A DNA stretch of 64,000 nt, taken from NCBI RefSeq assembly GCF_964194025.1, contig NC_134482.1, forward strand, positions 29,202,001 to 29,266,000. Reading direction: 5' to 3'. Positions 28,740 to 38,679 of the stretch are shown here, in pieces (within the stretch, counting starts at the first letter, position 1; each line of letters opens with the position of its first letter). This stretch comes from Convolutriloba macropyga. Lineage: Eukaryota. The translations under genes and the position numbers were made by a program. The notes under the pieces were generated by a model. The model had not been told where the DNA came from, did no database searches, and saw nothing but the letters and a program-made list of their open reading frames with translations.

Positions 28740-29330
28740 GGACCGCGTATAGGCTTTTGTGAACCAGGGTGTGATTTTTAGCCGGTACATGGGGCGCAAT
28801 TTTCGACCCAAATAGTGGTCTGTACCGAACCTGCGGAGATGGAAAAAGTATGTTAAAAAGGTACTTTTAGTGATGTTTATAGGTTATTTATAACGCCCAC
28901 TATATGTAGTTACTCATGAACCATGGTTGTATGCAGGTTTTCTGGTATCTAGATGGTGTATTTTGCCGGTACAGGGGTCCTAACATCCGACCCTTATAGA
29001 GGGGGTACATAACCTGCGGAGATGAAAAAAGTGTGTTAAAAATGTCTTTTTAGTGTCGTCTATAGGCTATTTATAACCCCTATTATATGTAGTTACTCAT
29101 GAACCATGGTTGTATGTAGGTTTTCGGGGATCTAGATGGTGTATTTTGCCGGTACAGGGGTCCTAACATCCGACCCTAATAGAGGGGTACCTTAGCTGCG
29201 GAGATGAAAAAAATGTGTTAAAAATGTGCTTTTAGTGTCGTCTATAGGCTATTTATAACCCCCATTATATGTAGTTACTCATGAACCATGGTTATATGTA
29301 GGTTTTCGTGGATATAGATGGTGTATTTTG
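28740..29330. repeat. ~182-183-bp tandem repeat, 3-4 copies, with a further degenerate copy near 29560-29710
   Basis: gatggtgtattttg recurs at ~28952, 29135 and 29317. tatatgtagttactcatgaaccatgg occurs three times. Confidence 0.85.
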
Positions 29331-31009
29331 ACTCCATAGGGGGGTGGGGGGTGGTAAGTGGCCTCATTTTGAGCGATGGTACGAAACACCAAACTGTTGA
29401 TTAATATGTGAATAGTGAAGCAAATCTGGTTCTGTTTTATTCACCAGGCTCGTCGTGTATTGTACTACCAAACTGAGGGGGTCGCACATCGACTACTGTT
29501 TGATATTTGGATGGTACTTTGGCCCCTATTTTGGCCTCAAAATTGTCGTATGTACCACAGCGGTGGAGGCGATTGAAATGTGTTTAAAATGTACTTACGG
29601 AGTTGTGTATAGGCTATATAGACCCCCAATTATATGTAGTTTCTGGCGAGCTCAGTTTGTATACACGATTTCGGGCATCAAGATGATGTATTTTGCCTCT
29701 GTATAGCGGTACATGGCCATGTTTGTAGTATGGGGCCAACTCACTGCATTGAAAGCTGTTTGTAAATCGTTTACAGGTGTGTGGTACTCTTTGTAGAGGT
29801 TTGTAATAATGTTTCAAGGGTCCCCTGGGAGTGTCACCCTCAGGGGTGATTTCTCTGATGTTTGACACACGTCATTTTCTTTGATCACATTTGTACTTTG
29901 GGTACTAGTACTGTTCCTTAAAATTTCCATATATCATCTTAGAGCGACCCCATTGTGGCTCTGTTTTTTTTTATTTGAGCCTGTCTAATGATGTGTGTGT
30001 ATACAGATAACAAAAGGGTTGCGTGTAATGTTTCTTGAGAAAGTGTTGAAAAATAACCAAAACTTTGTCCACTTTTTTTATTCAGTCAAAGGAAATTTAG
30101 TGTTCTTCCTTCTGGCTGACTTGTTCTTCACTGTCCCTCCGCTATTAATATTATTATACTAATACTAATGTTGGTAGCGTATAGCTGCTGGCTAGTGAAA
30201 TCCGCCCGGTGTTGGTTTGTTTTGGTTTTGATGTTGTTATCATTTTTATTTTAGTATTTCTATTTCAGTTCTTGTTTGGTTTTGCTGCTGTTGTTCAGCT
30301 CTCTTCTGTCGCCTGCCTTCCTACATTCTATAGGTGAGAGCCCCCTTCTGTTTAGGCTAGCCGGTTAGCAAGGAAAAGATATTTTCGTTTGTTTAGTTGT
30401 GAAAAATATGGATAAGGCCGAAAAGCAAAAAGTTTCCGAAACCCGAAAAAATTATTTAAACCATATTTGTGATTATATAGTGAGCGCATTTAATATTTGT
30501 CCTGCTTTTAGTCCTTCTTCCGTGTGCTAGGAGAGCCTAAATGATAACTCCAAGTAGTTAATAGTGCAAATTTTCTTTTTTCAACGAAAAAATATGGCTT
30601 GACCAAAGATCTTCATTTTTTTCATGTCTCGTAAAACTTATCAAAAAGCAAGTAGTCCATTCTTCTGAGAGTCCCACTTAAAACAGATGTGTCCATTGAG
30701 GTACAGCGGAAGCATCCAATCTGCCTTTGTGTAAAATCTGGACAAATCTTAAAACCAACTTTATCCTATCTAATATACGAGAAATGAAAAACTTGAAAAA
30801 CTTTGGTTAAGAAAATTTTTTTCGTCGAAAAGAAGCGTTTTTGTTATAGTAACAGTTTGGAATTATAGCGAAGTTTTTCCTCGCACACACAAGAAGTACT
30901 ACAGGCGGTATAAGTTTTAAATGTGTTTAGTATATAATATCTTTAAAAAAATGTGCTCTTGTAAAAAAAAAAGTTTAGTTCGGGTTGCGTTCAGAATGGA
31001 ATGAAAATT

Positions 31010-31037
31010 AAAATGCGCTCTGTCAGGGACGCGTTTT
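31010..31037 (+). promoter_or_regulatory. Conserved-loop hairpin, copy 1
   Basis: aaaatgcg-CTCTGTCAGGGA-cgcgtttt (one G.T pair). Confidence 0.65.
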
Positions 31038-31094
31038 GGTTTACATCAAGAACAAAATTTTGAGAGTCATTTCGTTTTCTAGTCTTCACTGCCA

Positions 31095-31835
31095 ATGAGG
31101 TAAGAATTGGGTTCTGTGTTTTATATTTAAATGACTCAAAAGTTTCTTCTCAATTTTAAATTATGCTCGAATTAAACTTTTTGCTCTAATCATGCTCGAA
31201 TCGAAAAATTTTTTAGCCATGAGTCGACTTCCAGAGGCTACAAAAAATCAGCCCGAATGATCGAAAAAGAGGCCGCTGCTCTCAATGTTTCCGACTGCGA
31301 ATTGCCACCCAACTGGTTTTATTTGTTTTACTTCGAAACTGATGATAAATTTAGTAAAATTCCGGCAGATAGTCCAAGGTGGCCTTTGGACTATAAGAAC
31401 TCCCAGAAGGTCTCTCTGATGTACGGAGATCAGGTTGATATTATCTGTTATGCTCATTGAGGAAAAGCATTAGGAGAATTCAAATATCAAGGATATGAAA
31501 AGGATGTCAATAAATACCTGCGTGAATTATGTCAGTCTAACGGCGCTGCTGCGAGGGAGGAAGCTGTCAATATAGGATGCGGTAGCTCTCAGGGCAGCAA
31601 TCGAAATGACAACAATCAAAATGATCGGCCAAGTTGCAGCCCGGAAATTGGTTTACCATCATCGCAAAGCCGACTTGTGATCGATAATGAGGCAGTTGCG
31701 GACGAACCACCCTTCGTTGACGCATTGGTAGAGGATTACTTCGGTCGCGCGGCCAAAAAGTCTAAGAAATCAAAAACCCCAGAAGGAGGAGCAGCTTGTT
31801 CGTCATCAAGCCAGTCGGATGAAGTAAGAATTTAG
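31095..31835 (+). pseudogene. Transposon gene A, 5' part (spliced; one in-frame TGA)
   Basis: Exon ATGAG (31095-31099), GT-AG intron 31100-31216, then one reading frame MSHESTSRGY...QSDE broken only by TGA at 31458-31460. A strong donor GAA|gtaaga at 31824 suggests splicing to the downstream BEN-like exon. Confidence 0.6.
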
Positions 31836-31850
31836 TTCAAAAAATCAAGT

Positions 31851-31880
31851 CTTCATGTGCTCTGACAGGGACACATGAAG
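31851..31880 (+). promoter_or_regulatory. Conserved-loop hairpin, copy 2
   Basis: cttcatgtg-CTCTGACAGGGA-cacatgaag (perfect 9-bp stem). Confidence 0.65.
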
Positions 31881-32055
31881 TTTTTCTCCACAAAAATAAT
31901 TTTTGACCAATGAGATTACTGCAAAACCATTTAGGATTACTTTTAGTATGTTAAGTAAATTGATGGTCAATGTGATTGTTAGGAAGATATTTGTTGCTAT
32001 CTCAAATCGACAAACTATTGGCTCTAGAAATTTTCAATAACTCTTAAATACTTTT

Positions 32056-32598
32056 TTGAAAGAGTTCACTTGGGAGCGGTTCCAATTCGTTATGACAAAA
32101 ATTGAGAAAAGGCTGGACGCCGCTACAGATGTGATGCGTTCATTGAAGACCTTTGGGAGGAAAGCCATGGAGGAACTCAACCGGCTTCATGAAAATGCCG
32201 AGCAAAACAGAGATGACCCGATTGAAGAAAACGAACGCTCCTTCGAAGTTGAATCGCTGATGTATAATGGTGTTAATCTCTTGGGATTGGGTGGCAACAC
32301 ACCCCGTGAACGTGCTCTTCTTATTGCTAACAAAATTTGGACCCCCGAGGAAAGGAAAAAATACTGCATTGCTCCAAGGAAATTGCTCATAGGTGAGAGG
32401 GAGCCAGCAGACGAGGAACGAACAGAAGTTTTTCGTAGCGCTTTGATGGGTGTTTTGAACAACGATTTCAATGAGGTGAAATACCGTGATATTCTCAGGT
32501 ACGTAAACCAACAAGGTGTGGATATGCAACGAAAGCGAATGTCAGTTGGAAACGAAAATCGTAATCCTGAAACTGATTCTAGTCAAGAGGACGCTTAA
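32056..32598 (+). CDS. Coiled-coil plus BEN-like domain protein (probably the last exon of gene A)
   Basis: TPRERALLIANKIWTPEER...REPADEERTEVFRSAL...ILRYVNQQGVDMQRKR follows the BEN helical pattern (lF/WT.eE, LDp.r..ir, In.k...rr). The TTG start is not a real eukaryotic start, and the acceptor is unresolved. Confidence 0.7.
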   Translation: MKEFTWERFQFVMTKIEKRLDAATDVMRSLKTFGRKAMEELNRLHENAEQNRDDPIEENERSFEVESLMYNGVNLLGLGGNTPRERALLIANKIWTPEERKKYCIAPRKLLIGEREPADEERTEVFRSALMGVLNNDFNEVKYRDILRYVNQQGVDMQRKRMSVGNENRNPETDSSQEDA

Positions 32599-32623
32599 AA
32601 GCTGTTACAATGAAATACGTGTG

Positions 32624-32647
32624 CTTGTGCTCTGTCAGGGACACAAG
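32624..32647 (+). promoter_or_regulatory. Conserved-loop hairpin, copy 3
   Basis: cttgtg-CTCTGTCAGGGA-cacaag, 25 nt after the stop at 32598. Confidence 0.65.
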
Positions 32648-33127
32648 AACATTTAAAAAACGGCTTGCTTCTGAAAGCGAAAAGTCTTTCTGGATTTTTT
32701 TCTTTTGTTCTATTTTGATGCCAGTTCTTTTGATTTCTTGTTTTATGACTGAAGATTTGAGCTCTCATATTTGTGCTGTTTTATTCAATTGCTGCGTGCC
32801 ATTGGACAAAAGTACAAAAACTTTTCTCATGGGGCTAGTATTCATTTTGATTTTGGGGCTATAATACAAATATGACCTACTTGTTTTGCGGCCAACTTTC
32901 CTATTGTTCTGATGTATGCTTTATTCAATATTTGAGAGGCCACTTAATTAGCGTTTGAATTTTTTGCATGATTCATCTCGCGCATTAATAAAATAATAGC
33001 TTGGCGAACGTTTTTAACAGCTCTGGATCAAAAGTGAAGGCAACTGAATTTGTCGTGCGTGTCTATATAGGAATTTTAGGTTTGCTCAAATTGTGATTTT
33101 TTTCAGAATAAATTGAAAAGTTGAAAA

Positions 33128-33944
33128 ATGCCTGGTCAAAACCAACCCAGGTTTCGCCCGAACAGAAACGCCGTCAATGTTCTTAAGAGAATTGAAGAGG
33201 CACTAAGACAATTAGACATGGCTCAGGTGGATGCAGTCAACTTTTTGCTTTGGGCTGCAAAATCATTGAGAAAAATTGTAAGCTTTTTTTTAAATTGCTT
33301 TCAGTCAAAGTTTGTGGCATTTATATTAGCCCTGTTGGTCTTTTTGTGCTTTTTTTCCTGGACTGATGTTTTGCATGAACGATCGAACATTATGAGCAAT
33401 TGATAAAGCAATCCCCGTGTGCACCCCTCTACTGGATATCCGGCCACGAACCCTTTCGCTTGAAACCTGTCGCTTGAGAGCAATTAAGCTGACCGTAGTT
33501 GGTTACGTTCAAAACTAAAATTATTCTTTTTTGTCATAGAACGTTAAACAGAGTCAAAAACAACGGAAAAACCCGAATAATCGGCTGATGTATAAAAATC
33601 GAAATCTCTTGGCCTACAGTGGTGCAAGCGATGACTACTCAGGGTACGGCAAGTTTTTAACGAGGTGCATCCTATCAAAAAAGGAACGAAAAATAACTTG
33701 CTGGTTTGCACAACGATCGGTCAGGGACGGACGCGTACCAGCCTCTGAGGAAGATGAAAGTTATTTTCGAGGTTTAAATTTTTCGAACTTCAGTTTTTTT
33801 CGGAGTTTTTAATTTTTTTTACTTACGACATAAATTTTAGAAGCAGTCAGACGGTTCTGTGGGGACAGCCTCTATGCCCTGAGACGTGTAAAGGATGCTG
33901 CCAATGCGTACGGCATTCATGAAAGAAAGCAACGGTTCGGCTAA
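33128..33944 (+). CDS. Gene B: three-exon, 161-aa BEN-like paralogue (exons 33128-33277, 33540-33771, 33841-33944)
   Basis: Two GT-AG introns (phase 0 and phase 1) give an uninterrupted ORF. The product aligns with 32056-32598 (LMY...NLL...G, ERK..C, R.PA.EE....FR.A, N..G). AATAAA lies at 34012. Confidence 0.75.
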
Positions 33945-34017
33945 AGCAAAGATGATGCATGAAACATGAACTGAATTACGAAACTGATTTTAGGTTGTTA
34001 AGAAACGAGAAAATAAA

Positions 34018-34039
34018 TGGCGCTCTGACAGGGACGCTA
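34018..34039 (+). promoter_or_regulatory. Conserved-loop hairpin, copy 4
   Basis: tggcg-CTCTGACAGGGA-cgcta (one G.T pair), with AATAAA on both sides. Confidence 0.6.
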
Positions 34040-34220
34040 ATAAAGTTTCTTTTTTGGCTAAGTTACTCCTCTTGTTTCAAAATATAATGTCAATCTAATT
34101 GAATTTTTGGAATATTTTTAATGTCTTGAGGCTTTAAAGAATCTCAGGAAAAATTGGTTTATCCCTCTCCCAATAAAATTCTAGCTTATCTGACTAATTT
34201 AACTATGCTTTTTAAGATTC

Positions 34221-36851
34221 ATGGCACAGGGATTGTTTAATTACTATTTCAACGCCTCCAAAAACTTTTCCAGGTCCATTGTGACGTGGAAACAGCTAGC
34301 TAGGGTTGATCAACAACTAACTTCTAAGTGGGTGGACACAGAAACTGTTTCATCGCATAAGATTCTCATAGAGGGTGAGGAAGTACACAACGATGACATC
34401 ACCTCAATGCATAAGTTCCTTGACGACGAGTACTGCAAAAGTATGCTATCGGTTGAATACAAAACTGTAAGTTACTTACCAAATGAGGACTACGTTCAAT
34501 TAGGTCTGTATACGAAATCTGATATTCAAAAAGGTGAAGTAGTAAATGGTGTCATAGGATTTCTGTCAGAAATTACTGATGCGGAGATAATACCAGGTTT
34601 TAATGACGTGTCAGTTTTATGCAGTAAAATGAGAGATGAGCAATGGCTTATGCTAGGTCCAATTTCTTTCGTTAATGCTTCCTGTAGGTCGAACGTCGAA
34701 TACAGACAAAAAGGTAGATTAGTGGTTTGCGTTGCCACAAAGAATATTAGCACGGGCGATGAATTAACTGTTTTTTACAATCGTCATTATTTTGGCAAGT
34801 TTAACATCAATTGTCTCTGCCCCTACAAAAGCGAGCATGGTGACCCTTGTCCAAACGATCCCGAGCCGGTAAGAAAACGCAAAAAAATAACCGAACAGTT
34901 AATTACGACACCAAGTTTCTCCTCTTTAGAATCGTCTATTCCCGAAACTCCAATAAGAAGAATTGTACTTGAAAAACTGCCCCCTAGACGCTCGCTATAC
35001 GAAATTTCGAGTTCTTCAAATGTTGATCAAGAATCTTACTTGAGCTATAACAGTTTTTTTAGGAAAATTGATCAATCCCTAAGCCCCCAAAAAATAAGTA
35101 CACCTGTTCGCTGCGACCCGATCACAAGTTCGTCTCCGAGCGGTTTTTCTGTTTCTCCGCAGCCGCCTCAAGATCAAACTCTTTCGGACGTTTTTGGTAC
35201 TCCTATAATGTTAGGTAATTTTGAAACAGAAAATGTTAAAGAAAGAAACAGTCAAACCCAGTTCAATAACGGTAATGAAATCTTTAGTGCTTTTCAGGTG
35301 CAAGAGGAAGGAACAGAGTTGTTCGAGGGAGCCAGTCTTTCAACTGAAGGCTTCATGAAGGACTTTGAAGCTTTGTCTGATAAGCATAAGCTACCAAAAA
35401 TTGCAAAAATTGATTTGTTGAAGCTTTTTGCTAAGGCACTTCCAGTACCTAATAATCTTTTTGCTAAACTGTCTATGCCATTTTTACCAGCCCTTACATC
35501 TAATGTGTATGAAAGTGGTAAGTTTGTTTGTGTGGACCTGAAAACGCAGCTCGAAAAAATTTTAATCCGAAATTCGACTTATATTTTGAAGTCTTGGCAA
35601 GACGATTATCCCTGGTTTACTCAATGGGACAACTTCAAAAGTAATGAGGTACAATTAGTTTTAAATGTAGACGGTGCATCAGTTTTCAAGTCATCTAAAA
35701 TATCTGTTTGGCCGACTTGGGTTCAAGTTTTCAATTTGCCCCCAAAACTACGGGGTGCTTTTTCAAATCTTTCTCTCCTAGGTCTTTGGCATGGAAGATC
35801 AAAACCACTTTTTGATAAGCTTTTGCCCCTAATTGTGTTTGAAATCGAGTCTTTGTGCGAGCCAATTATGCTCATTGAGGGTTTAGGAACTATCAGTTTT
35901 CGGATCAGAACCATTGTCGCAGACATGCCAGCGACGGCAAGTGTTTTATGTATGAATCAATTTAACGGCTACTCTTCATGTCCTCATTGTTTCATAAAAG
36001 GCTTTTGGCAAAATTATAGGATGCTGTTTTCCGTGACAAAACCCTTCAAACTTCGCGAAAATAAGGATTTCAAAGCCTGCGGTTGGGCAGCTGAGCGAGA
36101 TGGCGATATCAAATGTGGCATTAAGTCTTCAACCCCCCTCAATAGTATCTTAGATTTACCTTGGGATTGTCCAATTGATCCAATGCACCAAGTTTTTCTG
36201 GGTACAGGTAAAGTTTTGACGAAATTGCTTGTATCTTTGGCTAAGTCAAAATTGAAGGAAGCAAATAACTTAATGATGCAAGTTAAAGTACCTTTCGATA
36301 TTTTGCACCGAATAAAGTCTTTAGATGAGATCAAGTTCTGGAAAGCTTTCGATCTCAAATTGTTTTTTTTTCATGTGGGACCTCTTGTTTTTAGAAAAAT
36401 TCCCGTCCGTAGGGTTTTGTATAAAAGCTTCTGCGTGCTCAGCACAGCCATGAGACTGCTCTCTCAACAAACGGCAACCGAAGCTCACATTAAGTCAGCA
36501 GATGAGCTCATAACTCTTTTTTTCAGTAATTTTGTAGAACTTTACGGAGTGGATTCGCAGTCATTCAACTTTCATACAATGCAACACTTATGTGAACAGG
36601 TTAGGCGCAACGGACCCCTTTGGCTTTTTTCGGCCTTTTGTTTTGAGTCTGCAAATCACAACCTTCTAAGTGCTGTTCAAGGGACAATTAAAGAACCAGA
36701 GGCTATAGTTCAACAGTTTATTAAGCACCAAGCTGCGATTAATTGCACTACTAATAATCAAGCTGAAAAATATCTCAAGGGGCTGACAACGGTAGACGAC
36801 GAGACTCTACGTTTTTGCGATAATAAGAATATTTCCTCTTTTTTTTTCTAG
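34221..36851 (+). CDS. SET domain (SUV4-20/Set9-like) fused to a CMC/EnSpm-type DDE transposase
   Basis: aa ~93-200 form the SET domain: GFNDVSV, LMLGPISFVNASCRSN, GDELTVFY, YFGKFNINCLC. An NLS-like RKRKK and an S/P-rich linker follow. Transposase motifs: NVDG (D484), VWP, VADMPA (D568), GYSSCPHC, DPMH, HTMQHL, GPLWLFSAFCFES (E809). Confidence 0.9.
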   Translation: MAQGLFNYYFNASKNFSRSIVTWKQLARVDQQLTSKWVDTETVSSHKILIEGEEVHNDDITSMHKFLDDEYCKSMLSVEYKTVSYLPNEDYVQLGLYTKSDIQKGEVVNGVIGFLSEITDAEIIPGFNDVSVLCSKMRDEQWLMLGPISFVNASCRSNVEYRQKGRLVVCVATKNISTGDELTVFYNRHYFGKFNINCLCPYKSEHGDPCPNDPEPVRKRKKITEQLITTPSFSSLESSIPETPIRRIVLEKLPPRRSLYEISSSSNVDQESYLSYNSFFRKIDQSLSPQKISTPVRCDPITSSSPSGFSVSPQPPQDQTLSDVFGTPIMLGNFETENVKERNSQTQFNNGNEIFSAFQVQEEGTELFEGASLSTEGFMKDFEALSDKHKLPKIAKIDLLKLFAKALPVPNNLFAKLSMPFLPALTSNVYESGKFVCVDLKTQLEKILIRNSTYILKSWQDDYPWFTQWDNFKSNEVQLVLNVDGASVFKSSKISVWPTWVQVFNLPPKLRGAFSNLSLLGLWHGRSKPLFDKLLPLIVFEIESLCEPIMLIEGLGTISFRIRTIVADMPATASVLCMNQFNGYSSCPHCFIKGFWQNYRMLFSVTKPFKLRENKDFKACGWAAERDGDIKCGIKSSTPLNSILDLPWDCPIDPMHQVFLGTGKVLTKLLVSLAKSKLKEANNLMMQVKVPFDILHRIKSLDEIKFWKAFDLKLFFFHVGPLVFRKIPVRRVLYKSFCVLSTAMRLLSQQTATEAHIKSADELITLFFSNFVELYGVDSQSFNFHTMQHLCEQVRRNGPLWLFSAFCFESANHNLLSAVQGTIKEPEAIVQQFIKHQAAINCTTNNQAEKYLKGLTTVDDETLRFCDNKNISSFFF

Positions 36852-37194
36852 GTTTATCAATAAAAGTGGTCAATGTTTTGGCTCGCTATCCTATTCCAGA
36901 CTTAACAATAACTTGGGAGAATGCGTAATTCAATTAGGCGACGGTCGTTTCTTTCGTGTTAGTACGTACTGTTCAATTTCTGATGTGTCATATGCTGTTG
37001 GTAGACCTGCTACTAGTGCCCGCAATTTAAATTTGACTTGTACTTCTGATAATTTTGGCCTAATATACGAACTTTTTGGTTTAGGGTCTATGGAAATGGT
37101 TCCCACTTGTAACTTAAAGCACAAGACTGTAGTTTTTGTTGAGCAAAATTTTCTCATCGTGAGTGTCATAAGAGAAGGATTCGAGCATAATTGA
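36847..37194 (+). CDS. Frameshifted C-terminus of the SET-transposase
   Basis: Removing one T from the T9 run at 36839-36847 joins ...ISSFF to SRFINKSGQCFGSLSYSR...GFEHN, giving a 990-aa protein. Confidence 0.7.
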   Translation, partial: SRFINKSGQCFGSLSYSRLNNNLGECVIQLGDGRFFRVSTYCSISDVSYAVGRPATSARNLNLTCTSDNFGLIYELFGLGSMEMVPTCNLKHKTVVFVEQNFLIVSVIREGFEHN

Positions 37195-37272
37195 GATGAA
37201 GAAACTTTTTTTTTGTTTTGTTATTGAATGAAAGCTTCTGTACGTAATTTGCGTTTAATTAATCACAAAAAA

Positions 37273-37300
37273 TCAAGCTGCGCTGTCAGGGCCAGCTTGG
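37273..37300 (+). promoter_or_regulatory. Conserved-loop hairpin, copy 5
   Basis: tcaagctg-CGCTGTCAGGGC-cagcttgg, ending 7 nt before the SGNH ATG. Confidence 0.6.
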
Positions 37301-37307
37301 GAAAAAA

Positions 37308-37871
37308 ATGTATTCAATCGAAGCGTGTTTTAGTCCATCAATCGTTATAGTCGGGGACAGCAACCTGGTGAGGATTCAAAACGAACTTGAAATTGATGTT
37401 GTTCTCCGGCCCTATAAAATCACTCTTCATTGCAGACCCAGCTTCCGAGCTGCCTTTTTGAACGGCGAAGATGTAGTGTTTTGTGCCAATTTCACCCATT
37501 GCATACTTCTATTAGGAAACAATGACATCTCACAACACCCTAACAAACCTTGGCTGACCCCTGAAACTCCTTTAAAAACTGCTGCTAGGCTGTGTGGCTT
37601 CGCAAAGAGACTACAAGAAAATTCTGTCGAAGTTAAAGTTGTCGGTCTTTTAAATCGGCCAGATACGGAATACGAGCCCATACAACAGACTAATATTTTT
37701 TTTCAAAACTTTATGCAAACTGATTACGTTGGTCCTCGTTATGTGAGGCCCATTCATTTTCTTAAAGAAAACATTCCATATGATTTGGCGCATTTGAATG
37801 AGGACGGCAAAAAGCGAGTGCTCGCTCTGTTCCTCAGTATATTGACCACCAGATTTGAAGTTCACCCCTAG
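37308..37871 (+). CDS. SGNH/GDSL hydrolase-fold protein (187 aa)
   Basis: Block I VIVGDS, block III LLLGNND and block V DLAHLN, in the correct order and spacing. Confidence 0.85.
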   Translation: MYSIEACFSPSIVIVGDSNLVRIQNELEIDVVLRPYKITLHCRPSFRAAFLNGEDVVFCANFTHCILLLGNNDISQHPNKPWLTPETPLKTAARLCGFAKRLQENSVEVKVVGLLNRPDTEYEPIQQTNIFFQNFMQTDYVGPRYVRPIHFLKENIPYDLAHLNEDGKKRVLALFLSILTTRFEVHP

Positions 37872-38330
37872 TGTTCATGTTCTGAAAAGTTATGTTAACG
37901 TAAGAAATTGGTTGTTGATTGATTAGGTGCTCTCTCGGAATGCTAGATCTTAACAATTCAGTTTCTTGAACCAACATTTTTCAAAATTCTTGTTGTCCTA
38001 TAATAAAAGTTTTTGTAAAAAACAAAGAAAAAATAGTTGACAGAAAAAAATAAAACAAAAAAAGCTTCTTTCTCTTTCAATCCTTCTGTTCCTAATATTG
38101 TTTTCAAGAAGAAAGCAAAAAATGAAAACAGTTAAAAACTCAGTAAAAAGCGAAAATAAATGTTTAATTCGAAACATAAAAAACTACCCAAAATTTAATT
38201 TGGTCTTATTACAGAGCGTACTTTAATGAACGAAAATTGAAAATTCTCTTGCTTTCTCAAATATTGTTTCGAAGAGCATGCTGGTTTTGAGCACGGTAGG
38301 AAAAAACCAACTGCAATTTTTAAATGAAAA

Positions 38331-38352
38331 ATGTGCTCTGACAGGGACACAT
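38331..38352 (+). promoter_or_regulatory. Conserved-loop hairpin, copy 6
   Basis: atgtg-CTCTGACAGGGA-cacat. Confidence 0.6.
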
Positions 38353-38679
38353 AGATACTGACAATTGAAATTTTTTAGCTGCAGATAAATGCAAACGACA
38401 AGTACTCAAGTTTTTCCAAAAGTTGGTACAAAACATTAGGTACAGAAAATATTTTAAATTATGCAATAAAAAAAATCTTAAGTTGAAAAATGTTAAGCCA
38501 TTTTTTTGCCGAAGTGCTCTTCAAACTTATCCAATGAGAATGACCAGAGATGATCATAAAGTCTCAATGATAAAAGTTGTGCTGCAGCATTGATATCACG
38601 TAAATTTGCAGAAATGTTCTTGCGCAAGTTTTCAAACTTTTAAAATGCAATACGGTGTTGAAAAAAAAACGATAATAAC

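Noticed and set aside
31458-31880. Selenocysteine TGA with the hairpin as a SECIS
   Set aside because: The hairpin is far too short and lacks the AUGA/GA quartet and apical adenines.
33714-33729. Eighth hairpin copy inside gene B exon 2 (cg-atcggtcaggga-cg)
   Set aside because: The stem is only 2 bp and the core is mismatched, so it may be chance.
36792-36851. An intron removing the transposase stop codon
   Set aside because: The available gtagac donor and tttctag acceptor give a frame that stops within four codons. A one-base frameshift fits better.
34526-37865. Minus-strand ORFs within the cassette
   Set aside because: These are antisense shadows of the plus-strand genes.
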